64,000 bases of DNA, from positions 2,418,001 to 2,482,000 of the forward strand of contig CM120640.1 of the NCBI GenBank assembly GCA_051362555.1, given 5' to 3'. Positions 1 to 11,549 of the stretch are shown one piece after another; the first letter of the stretch is position 1, and every line of letters begins with the position of its first letter. Source of the DNA: Lingula anatina (lineage: Eukaryota; Animalia; Brachiopoda). The position numbers and the translations under genes are program-made. The notes under the pieces are model-generated. The model was not told the origin of the DNA and did not search any database. It saw only the letters and a list, made by a program, of their open reading frames with translations.

Positions 1-1815
1 AATAGAAACTATGGACCTATCTCTGCCAGTTTTGGAGATAAAAGGGAAGCAAAATTTGCAAAGTTCAGTTCATGGTGAAAAGTAGGTCAAAGGTCAATTT
101 TAAGGTCACATTTATATTGCCAGTATACGACTTCCTATTCAAGTTCAATAGTAACTATGGACCTATCTCTGCCAGTTTTGGAGATAAAAGGGAAGCAAAA
201 TTTGCAAAGTTCAGTTCATGGTGAAAAGTAGGTCAAAGGTCAATTTTAAGGTCACATTTAGATTGCCAGTATATGACTTCCTATTCAAGTTCAATAGTAA
301 CTACGGACCTATCTCTGCCAGTTTTGGAGATAAAAGGGAAGCAAAATTTGCAAAGTTCAGTTCATGGTGTAAAGTAAGTCAAAGGTCAATTTCAAGGTCA
401 CATATAGATTGCCAGTATATGACTTCCTATTCAAGTCCAATAGTAACTACGGACCTATCTCAGCCAGTTTTGGAGATAAAAGGAAAGAAAAATTTGCAAT
501 GTTCAGTTCATGGTGTAAAGTAGGTCAAAGGTCAATTTGAAGGTCACATATAGATTGCCAGTATATGACTTCCTATTCAAGTCCAATAGTAACTACGGAC
601 CTATCTCAGCCAGTTTTGGAGATAAAAGGAAACCAAAATTTGCAAAGTTCAGTTCATGGTGAAAAGTAGGTCAAAGGTCAATTTCAAGGTCACAGTAAGA
701 TTGCCAGTATATGACTTCCTATTCAAGTCCAATAGAAACTACGACCTATCTCTGCCAGTTTTGGAGATAAAAGGGAAGCAAAATTTGCAATGTTCAGTTC
801 ATGGTGAAAAGTAGGTCAAAGGTCAATTTTAAGGTCACATTTAGATTGCCAGTATATGACTTCCTACTCAAGTTCAATAGTAACTATGGACCTATCTCTG
901 CCAGTTTTGGAGACAAAAGGGAAGCAAAATTTGCAAAGTTCAGTTCATGGTGAAAAGTAGGTCAAAGGTCAATTTTAAGGTCACATTTATATTGCCAGTA
1001 TATGACTTCCTATTCAAGTTCAATAGTAACTATGGACCTATCTCTGCCAGTTTTGGAGATAAAAGGAAAGCAAAATTTGCAAAGTTCAGTTCATGGTGAA
1101 AAGTAGGTCAAAGGTCAATTTTAAGGTCACATTTATATTGCCAGTATATGACTTCCTATTCAACTTCAATAGTAACTATGGACCTATCTCTGCCAGGTTT
1201 GGAGTTAAAAGAGAAAGAAATTAGAGATAAAATGGAAAAAAATTGCAAAGTTCAGTTCATGGTGAAAAGTAGGTCAAAGGTCAATTTTAAGGTCACATTT
1301 AGATTGCCAGTATATGACTTCCTATTCAAGTTCAATAGTAACTATGGACCTATCTCTGCCAGTTTTGGAGATAAAAGGGAAGCAAAATTTGCAAAGTTCA
1401 GTTCATGGTGAAAAGTAGGTCAAAGGTCAATTTTAAGGTCACATTTAGATTGCCAGTATATGACTTCCTATTCAAGTTCAATAGTAACTACGGACCTATC
1501 TCAGCCAGTTTTGGAGAAAAAAGGAAAGCAAAATTTGCAAAGTTCAGTTCATGGTGAAAAGTAGGTCAAAGGTCAATTTTAAGGTCACATATAAATTGCC
1601 AGTATATGACTTCCTATTCAAGTTCAATAGTAACTATGGACCTATCTCTGCCAGTTTTGGAGATAAAAGGGAAGAAAAATTTGCAAAGTTCAGTTCATGG
1701 TGAAAAGTAGGTCAAAGGTCAATTTTAAGGTCACATATAGATTGTCAGTATATGACTTCCTATTCAACTTCAATAGTAACTATAGACCTATCTCTGCCAG
1801 TTTTGGAGATATAAG
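1..1815. repeat. 146-bp tandem satellite array, about 12.4 monomers in the window, truncated at window start
   Basis: Anchor CATGGTG recurs at 71, 217, 363, 509, 655, 800, 946, 1092, 1258, 1404, 1550 and 1696. The period is 146 bp, with one 145-bp and one 166-bp unit. Monomers are highly similar. Confidence 0.97.
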
Positions 1816-2812
1816 GGACTAAATGTTATAATTTTGGAGTTACCATAATGTGCCTTAAATTTCGTACAGAAAAAATTAATTAAAATAAAGAAAATGTCAT
1901 TTTGGTCAAAATTCTTGAAATAGGAGGTGCTCTGAAGTTTCAGAAGTTCAAATTTGATGAAATAATGTCATTTTTGAACACAAGTTGTCTGCTTTGCCAA
2001 GCCTAATGTTTTATTTTTCCAGAGTTCAAAATTTATTATCCATTACCGTACTGCACATTTTGCTTTTACCACCAATATGTACTTTTTGATACAGCGTAAC
2101 TCGAAAACCGTATGGAATACAAAAAATCCGAGACCACCTCCAGTGTTGGGCTTTACATGCTCTACAAAATGCAAAAAAGAATGGGTCTCTAGCATTAACG
2201 GTTCCCGAATTAGAGACAGTTTTCAGTTTCGGTATCTTATGGCCGCTACTCCCGTGAAAATGCACCGATTGACCCCAAATTCATGGAGATGAAAGATGAC
2301 CTGAAGGGTAACACTTTCCAATAATATTATTGGTTAAGTCTGTGTGGTGTCTGAATAACAGGGCAAAAAAATTTTTTTTCGTAAAAAATTTCATTTTTTT
2401 GAAAATTTTGGCCCATTTGACCTTGAAGTAAAGGTCAAAGGTCAAATCCAAGGGTATATTTGAAATCTACACATATGACTTTTGGAAAGCCGTCTATAGA
2501 AATTTTTCCCATAACTCCTTCCGTAGGGTAGATAATTACCATTTAATTTTGCCATTTTTAGACAAGGGTGCATTGCAATGAGTGCCACACCCAGACCCCA
2601 ATACCGACAAAGCCCAAATTTTACGTGGAACGAGTTGAGATTATAGGTGACCTAAATCCATGAGATGGGTATGGGGGGCCTTACCGTCTAGGAGGAGAAG
2701 CGGTAACGGTAGCCGTCCGGCGGAGCCGGCGGAGCCGGCGGAGCCGGCGGAACGATCCGGACGAGACCGAAACCATGTGTACCGCCAGCGCTAACGCTGG
2801 TGGTACAATAAA
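1..2812. mobile_element. Probable non-autonomous Helentron/HINE-like element with an internal satellite array; only one end is in the window
   Basis: Order seen: tandem array, then a unique body with a diverged monomer-like motif (2411-2480), a GC-rich (CCGGCGGAG)x4 microsatellite (2717-2752), and a terminal stem-loop TGTACCGCCAGCG-CTAA-CGCTGGTGGTACA (2778-2807) followed by an A/T tract. This matches the known DINE-1/HINE/pearl architecture. Confidence 0.6.
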
Positions 2813-3053
2813 AGAATTTATTACGTATAATTCTTATTTGCAATAAACAATATTCTATGAGGTAAGCTTTAATAACATTTGTAGTCTTTTACTCAGTTGA
2901 GACTTTTGAAATATGATTTCAAGATCATTTGAAATGAAAAACTGTCACAACATTGGGCCCAGAGAAAACTTTGATCCTAAACTTCAAATACGTGGATACA
3001 TGGCATCTGCAGGATTTACTGGTCTTGTTAGTTTTTCGACTTCATGGGCCCAT

Positions 3054-3989
3054 TTACAGCTTCCCCAGCTCATACAAATATGCTCCCATCAATTTGATCT
3101 GTAAGTAAATGTCAAATAACACGCTGCTTACTCAAAGGTCCATTCAAATTATCTTTTACTTTCCATTTTTCAAGGTAGAAAAACATTCTTCTAACTTTCA
3201 TTAAAAAATACTTGAATCACTAAGTGCAAATTACACTTGTAAAATGCATGTTATGTTGTATCTTCATACATTCTTTCATTCATAACATTGACATATTTCA
3301 AAATCAAATATATTTTCTATTTTTTTTTGCAACGAAACAAGTAATCACCTCCATTCATGCTACACATACCCCATTGATATAATTGCTTCTGTTTATTTTC
3401 TCATTCTGAGAGTGTGCCCCGTCATCACAGGAGCCAACTGGGAGTAACATCACATTTTTTCCTGTAGTTTCCTGAAAGGTCAAGGTCACTGGAATACTGC
3501 CACCCTCCCTAGTCATGTCTGGTTCCTGGCCATAAACTGAAGTTAAAATAAGGAAGTGACACAATTATATTTTACACCGTCTGAAAAAATCAAGTTACTG
3601 GTGGCAGGTGCCCTTTTTCATCACCATAATTTTAATCTCTCAGCCATACCTGTGCAGGTATTCTGATAATTCTCCCATATTTCAAGAATATTTACAACAT
3701 AAGCTGTCCTCAGTTAAATTACTAGACTTTGTATGTATCTGTATTATATTAAAATGTTAATTAAACACCTTAGAATAAATGAGTGAATTTTTTAGTCATC
3801 CAGTAGAATTAGAATCAACAATATATATATAAATCATTCTGGAACTTTCGTTGTAAAGATTCAAGGACTAACCAATGCCAAATGCATCCTGAGACCTAAC
3901 ACCAAGTATGGATCATTATGTGTTAGAATAAAGTATGTTAAGATAAGAAATCCCATAACACCATTAAATTATTATAAATAATAATAATA

Positions 3990-4025
<36 letters not shown>

Positions 4026-7000
4026 GCATTTAAGATTAAACACAATCAATGAACATTTCTGAGAAGGTATCTTCAGAAATTAATGTATGCAAAAGGGGCC
4101 TCACCTGTCTTCATGGCCTTCCTTCCAGCTACATAGTGTGGGTGGTCACATTCACTCATCCAAGGTTTGCCACCATGGAACATAAAGGCGCTGGAAAAAT
4201 ATATAACGCACGTGAAAAGACAAGACCTTCTTGTTCTTTTGTTGTAAGTTGTCAAAAAGACAAATATTTCAATTGCTTTCAATTTATCTTTTAAAAATAC
4301 ATTTCAATATCAATCAACACAGAGTACAATGTGCACTAAAAAGTCAGGACTCTTTTTTTGGAAATATGCTATAAAATATCTAAATTGAAATATCTTTACA
4401 AATTTCACTATTTCTTACTTCAGTTTGTTTGGACTGCCCCTCTCTTTATGAATTTTCTCCAGGTGGGCCACCACCAGTTTCTCAATGGCTTTCGGCTCCT
4501 GGTTAGGTACTAGACGGATAGAAAACTTTCCTATCACTTTTCTTGGAATCACAGTTTTGGCTCCACCGTCACTGAAAGCTCCTTCAATACCTACAATTAC
4601 ACAACCACTTGTACAGAAGTCGGCAATAGTATATAGTCATTCATTGTTCAAATGTAGAGTAAGCAATGTTAAATGTAATTAAAATTTTATTGATTTTTAA
4701 ATATTCTGTGCTTGAAGATTACTGGCCATGTGTAACACACTGTGTAAACAGGTAGGGAAAATAGAAGACAGGTGGAAATGAGCCCAGTGAGATCCAGGAA
4801 GAATTTCTACAAAAACTGAAGAGGGTACCCAGGAGGGTAAAACAATCTACCTCCACCACAGCTTTTTATCTAAATCAACCACCCTTGGAGAGCATTCCAA
4901 AGTGACCTTTCAACTTAACCCTGTGGGGTGGCAGAGTACGTATATATATCTGAATGGCTCTTTAATGTTTGCCTATGTTCTCTCAGGTTCAGACAGAATA
5001 CTGTAAACAGGAGAACATAAAAAAATGGCAGGCCATCAATAGCCAGCTCATTGTTGATAGGAATGTGCCACAAAATGACTGCAATAAGTTTTCTGAAGTT
5101 CAGGATTTGGCACGATGTGTATAACTTCTACTCCTTTTATGCTCTAGACGGATATCTAAATTTAACAAAATTGATGTTTACGGACATAAATGGCCTTTCA
5201 TGTCAGTATGATACAGGTAAACAAACCAGACCCCTCTTGCTGTTTTTGTCATGCATGAGGCAAAATTGAAAATACACATACATGTATACTTTGCTACAGT
5301 GTAAAATAATTACAGTTTTGACTGTTATTTATAGCTAAAAAATATAAGCAATCACGATATCTAGAAATCCATTTAAGTGGCCACATGTGCAGCTAAAATG
5401 CTTCTTGGTAATTTTTCACAATGAAACAGGAAAATTTACTTTCAGCTCATGTGTAGAGTCTACAAACCATGTATTGAGAGTGAAGGGTATCTCCATCTAT
5501 GCATCAAAACTTCCTCTTTAGTATCATGGATTAGTTTTTCTGCTCCAAGATCTTGACGATAGTCCTCCTAATATACAGTACATAACAGAACAGAACATCA
5601 AAGGTAAAGTTAAACACAAAAATATAAAACGCAATGAAGTTGAGTAAAAAAGATGATTTGGAGGTAGTCTCACCTAACACATTCAATGATGAAAAAATGC
5701 GCATGTTACAATAAAAATACATTTATTAACCAGTCAACACATGATAATTGCAACATCCTCTATCTTGTATATTTCCTGTCAGTGTAAATGTTGCACCATT
5801 AAAACCAGCTGAAATAGAAGATATAATAACATTTTTTGTCAAAGATATCTTAATTCAATAAAATCACAACAGTGGGTGTAATCAACATTAACATTAAATT
5901 TTCATGGAAACTTTTATCATTTCAAAAACTAACACCAGTACAATGGCAAAAAGCCATATTTAAGGAAAATTTAAACTTATCCAGAAAACAGTGTGAATAC
6001 AGGTAGGATAGAAATAGCACATAATGTGAAACCGAAGATAGGTATTACCATATCAAACTCAATAGGTTTGTAGAGCTGTTTCTCCTCATCTGTGAGTGGG
6101 GCCACTGTATCCATGACGCCAGGTACCAGGATGTTACCCTTGCCATCCACCAGGCTGTTTAACAGGGACACCAGGTCCACCATGGCCTCATGTCTGGAGA
6201 GATACAGACACTGGTGTACTAAAGGCTTAACTTTCAATTTTGTTATATGAACAGTTCCAGTGGTTTTCCTTGAGGCTTATCTTTCAACTTAGCCACTTGT
6301 TTGCCTGTAATTCTCTAAGGGGTCAGATATCATTCTTCAAGTAGATTGAAGGTGTTTGTACTCAAATTGAAAGTAAAGTGGTGGACCAACTTCGAAAGAA
6401 AAATTAACATGTTACATCTCATAAATAATATAATTTTTTCAAAATGAGATAAAATTCTATAAACTCCCCCTTCACTCTGACAGTTGTAATGACTTACACA
6501 GTGCCTCCAAATACCCCAGAGTGTAAATCTTTGCTGGCACATTGCACCTCAATAAAGAAATAGGCAATACCCCTGAAATGTAGAAACAAGGTGAAAGAAT
6601 GACACATGTCAATGTGGGGTGAACTGCAGATAATCTCTTCATTTTGATGTTTTTTTTTATGATTCACACATGTTTATTTCTACGAAACACTGTATCTTCA
6701 CATCTTTTTTAAAAACTAGCTCACACAACAACAACAACAACAATAATAAGCATCATCATCACTAATACTATAGCAGGTACACTGCAGTTCAACAATCTTT
6801 TATAATGTAAGTCTAGCTATTTTTGACTTCAGAACTGACGAGATTAAAGCTTGAGTGAATTACTATAAATAGTGAACATTGATTAAGCTACAATTAGACT
6901 TAATTCTATACCTGAGTCCATATGTTATGCATGGTTTCTTCTTGCCAAGCCAATAGTTGTCTGATATGCACACATAGTCTACATCCTAAATCAAGAAAAA

Positions 7001-10000
7001 ATTCATTAAAGCTAGTGCCCTACCATTCTCACCGAAGTTAAAAGTAAACAGAAAATTATAACTTAAGAATTTCTAACTTCTTGCTCTGTGTTTGTTTCTG
7101 ATGGATCTCTTCCATCCTTCCACACAATACACATAACAATACATATAAAATGAAAAAGAAAATGCCAGATATAGAAGGTTCTTCACTCGACCAATCCAGG
7201 TTGCGCTTATTTTACCCCCAGTCATTACTTATTTTGCTGACAACGTCTTCGGCAATATTTTTTTTGTTTGTTTTGTTTGTTTGTTTTGTGCTTTACTTTG
7301 TGCTGTCTCGTCTTGGAGTGAGTGGCACCCTCTGATGGATGTGTTGTGGATGATTGGTGTTCAGTAGTATGAAAAGTGTCACCATGTATAGACATACATG
7401 GCTTGGACAGGCCTGTGATTATTGCGAATACATAGAGGCAGCATTATTATTTCACTGTAGCAAATGACGATAACAAATCAGCAGAGGAACAGATTTTTTG
7501 TATGTGTCGTCGTCTAGACACGTGCACAATAAATCTCTTCCTCCACTGATTTTGTTATCGTCATTCGCTACAACTTACGTTAAATCTGTGACAATAAATC
7601 TGTACACAAGACAGATTAATCAATCATCTTATTATGTAAGAATTAATAATTAATTAGTACTGCACATCATTGTGTAAAAATCATATTCAGGCTCCAATAA
7701 TACACAAAGTAGTTTGTTGTATAGCTCACTGCAAACCCATACCAAACACATCCAAGACATACAGTGATACAATAATTAAAAGGGCATTTACCTTCAGGAA
7801 GGAATCTTTCCTTGCATACAGCAGGTCATCTAAACCTTCAGACCCTGACTCCTCCATGCCTTCAAAGCAAAACTGAAAACAGAATAGTTTGAACAGCTCA
7901 AACATACACAATAAGTAAACAAACTCTCCCGAAATATTTTCCATCTCATATATAGTATGCAGGATATGTGTATCCAGTTTGTTCTTTCAACTTTGATACT
8001 TATTAACTGTAGAAATACGGAGTGACCCAGGGTTATAAACAGGTTGCATTCTGAGAGGTTGTTTGCAAATCGATTTGTTCTTTTAAAACTAAAAAGTCCA
8101 ATATACTTGTGCTAGAATACAATATTTACAGTTCCAAAACTACCACTTGACATACAGTGTTTTAATATACATAAAAAATTATTAGTTCAAAACCTATCAA
8201 CCCATGGACTTATGAACTACCATCTTACAGGCTAATTTCAACTTTGAGACTTCCACAAAAATTGCATCTTTGAGAGTTTGAGAGTTTTAGAGTAAACCTG
8301 CATAACAACATTTGTTAAACAACAAATAGTACGTTCATACAAGAGCCAAAAAATTATTGACCTTAATATTGACTGGAATTTCTTGACCAATCTTTTGGTA
8401 GGCTTCTATACAATTCAACCAATCCAAAACAGGACCCTGAGGAGTAAAAACATTCAAATTTTAAAAAATAATGTTTTCCTTTATATTTGCAATACAAACT
8501 GAAAGTGCATGAGCAGCATATTATTAAGTCACTTTTACATTTCTTATTCTATTAAATTTACACTGTAAATGTTGAACTTAATTATTTGTCCTAATTCTTA
8601 TTTAAATTATCATTAAAAACAAATCTTTATCATGGTTCATCAGCAGTCAAACCTTTACTAAAAAAACTTTGGTAAACATCATGCACACCTTATCATCAGT
8701 TGAACCTCTGCCAAACAGTTGGCCATTTTTCTCAGTGAGGACAAAGGGGTCTGTATCCCAACCATCTTCCTTCATGGCTGGCTGCACATCCAAGTGGCCA
8801 TACACTAGGACAGTTTTCTTCTTGGGATCAGCACCCAAATTTCCCAAAATCACAGGTGGGAGGGGGAGAACAGTGCCGTCAGGTAAAGTCTGTTTGCCTA
8901 TGTCTGCAAGCTCCACAGTGCCACCAAGCTTCTTGATTTCCTGTGGGAAATAGTTAAATTTACACAGTTTATAATGAAAAAAAAAACAGCAGCATCAGCA
9001 GGTCTTTTGTCTGTTTTCAATCTAATCAAATATGAATACCAAAACTGAAACAATTTTAATGTGTGTATTAATGTATATATCTGTATATTTGTATCATAAA
9101 TAATTAAAACAAATTATCATAAAAAGCCTTCTGAGAAAAGATAAAAAATAACATTAAACTCTGAACACATACCAACTGGAAATAGGGATATATGATATTT
9201 CAGTATTGTATGTATATGCATATTAATGTACAGTCTCAATAAATATATACTAAGTTACCTCTGCCACTGCCTCCACCTGTTTCTTGATTTCACCTCTTTT
9301 CTCTGGCCATGCTGAAACACTCTGGATTGCCACAGCATCTGCCAATCGTTTCACGTATTCCTCCTCATGTCCATCAATATATCTTCATATAAAAAGGATA
9401 TATAATTAATGTATATTAATTACATACTACTTTTACTGCTTAAACTCAAGGTTATGTTAATACTATGGCAGTGAGGTGCATTCAAAGATGAATTACATAT
9501 CTAAGTTTTAAAATACTAATCTTTGCGTATGAATTTAATTATTTATCTGACTTATGATTCATTAGTGTATTTTTACAAGTGATTTTATATGACAGATACA
9601 CCAATACATGTGTTTTTACTTTTACGGCTACTAGAGTCATGTATTCAGCAACCATTTTGGACTAATCACTGTTTGAAAGTATCCTTAAACCTCAGAGTAA
9701 ATCAGAATTACATCTCAATCTTTCATTAAAGCTTAGTAATGGTTTGCCTTAGTTCTCGGCCTTACACACAAAGAAGGCTGTAATCAGAGGCAAACTGCAA
9801 CAGATATGTAGACAACTGACCAGTATATTCGAATCTACTCAGATTACGGCCTTGTCTTGTACTAATAAAGCATTTGCAAGCTGTGAAGCTGTCTGTGATA
9901 CAAGTACAGTAGACCCCCAAAGAATGCTGAAAGTAAACTAAATAAGTCCTACAGGACCCCCTTTTTCCGCTGAACATTTAATGTGTTTTATGTGTTCAGT

Positions 10001-10087
10001 GCGTGTAATAATAATAGCGACTGTTTTTCACAAAAGCAATCTTCATTGTGAAACTTACTGAAACAGCCGGTCCAAATATTCTGCCAT
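3054..10087 (-). CDS. CNDP2: Cytosolic non-specific dipeptidase (M20 metallopeptidase), about 13 coding exons
   Basis: Spliced GT-AG exons give MAEYLDRLF..., [131 protein letters not shown] and ...[12 protein letters not shown] at 10087, TAA at 3054-3056. Confidence 0.95.
3975..4023. repeat. (TAA)n microsatellite in a CNDP2 intron
   Basis: About 16 TAA units with one TAG interruption. Confidence 0.9.
7456..7572. repeat. Imperfect inverted repeat with ~42-bp arms; MITE-like remnant in a CNDP2 intron
   Basis: TGTAGCAAATGACGATAACAAATCAGCAGAGGAACAGATTT pairs with AAATCTCTTCCTCCACTGATTTTGTTATCGTCATTCGCTACA. Confidence 0.7.
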
Positions 10088-10390
10088 CTTGACCAATGTT
10101 TGTCATGTGAGCAGTCATGTGACTTTAAATTGTAAACTCCCCCTTCCCCGGCAAGTTGACCCGTTTCGTTATATCGAAGTGTGCAGGTATTTTATCAAAA
10201 TTACTGAAACCTAACGGCAGATTGTATATTGAAACGCTTATAAACTATGCACAAAGCACATTCTTCTAAGAAAACATGACCTGATTTGACCTAGTTATCG
10301 AATTTGGCGCACGCTGATTTCACTTCCCGTAGCATCCGGGTATTTTACACAACATGTCTGCCAATTCTGAAGCGAGATATCTAAGAGGTA
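10088..10390. promoter_or_regulatory. Bidirectional promoter region CNDP2/PHRF1 with two TCATGTGA E-boxes and an ETS-like CACTTCC motif
   Basis: Locally CpG-rich. CNDP2 ATG is at 10087(-) and a probable PHRF1 first-exon donor is at 10388(+). GTCATGTGA at 10102-10110, GTCATGTGAC at 10114-10123, CACTTCCCG at 10321. Confidence 0.6.
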
Positions 10391-11549
10391 AAAAAAGAAT
10401 TTCTATGTTTGTGAATAATTCTTAAATATACTGTGATATCTGTGAGATAGGTACAAGGTTCGCTTTTATCATAAACCATACAGATAGCTACATGTAGATC
10501 TTATGGTTTAGTGTAGACGGTATTTATATTTTATTGCTGCTTCCAAGAATTTTTTTTTGGACTGGTCAAGCCATCACTGTATCAGTCACACTGTTCACGC
10601 CTGAAACCTCTTGACCTGTTTTCATTTCATTTGCTCACTGAGATAATCAACAGGATATACTACAAACTACAAGCGAGCGTTTAAGATATAGAACTGGTCG
10701 TATGTTTCTTCATTTGAAAATGTATATCTTAGAACGGGTAATTGACTCAATGAATTTCGCCATTAGGCATCAGTGCCACCTTCCTTGAAATTAAAAAAAA
10801 AGTGTTGTTATATGGTAAGGGTAAAAGTTATAGCTATCACAGCGCCTACACTTGGTTATATGAGAAACACGCGATGGACCTGATTGTAATTATATGTGGG
10901 AATCTTGCACTATTAAATGTTTTACAGTGTCTCTTGTGTGACAGATGAGCTTTCGTAGAAATGCTGACAGAAGCATTTGGCTTGATTAAAAGCTGTGTAA
11001 TCAAGCTCATATTTTGTATGATGCTGGACAGAGACCAGCTGATATTGCACTTGTTTTGCAATTGAACTTTTGCTACTTGTTTCAACTTGGGATTCATATA
11101 TTTGATTGTCTCATTTCATAGATGAACCTAAAGGTACTGGTAAACAGTGCATTGCGTGATACAATAGCAAAAATGAATGTTACGTTGTTTTTTCTAAGTA
11201 CTTAGCCTAACCATTTAGTAACCGTATAATTTTATAATCTACAGATTTCAGTTAATCTAAGGAAGAAATTTGAATAAATCTGGGGCTGAATGATTTTCAT
11301 TTTACATGAGCTTGGTTGATTGTATGATTTCTTGTTTTCAGCTGAGAGTATTCCTCTAAGTTTTGATCGATCATTTTATTTGGTGTATTTAAATGTGTAT
11401 TTGTGTACTCGTAAAAGATGGTATAACTGGACATACATTTGCTTTTGTCAACTATTTTTCCAGCACCATAGGAATATGTCCAGTGATAGTGGATCTATTG
11501 AAACTGTAAATACTGCTTTTGTCAACTATTTTTCCAGCACCATAGGAAT

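Noticed and set aside
218-1411. ORFs of 101 and 87 aa in the satellite
   Set aside because: By-products of the 146-bp repeat. The same peptides recur in shifting frames and there are no splice signals or homology.
1-1815. CRISPR-like array
   Set aside because: Monomers are contiguous near-identical repeats with no unique spacers, there are no cas genes, and the context is eukaryotic.
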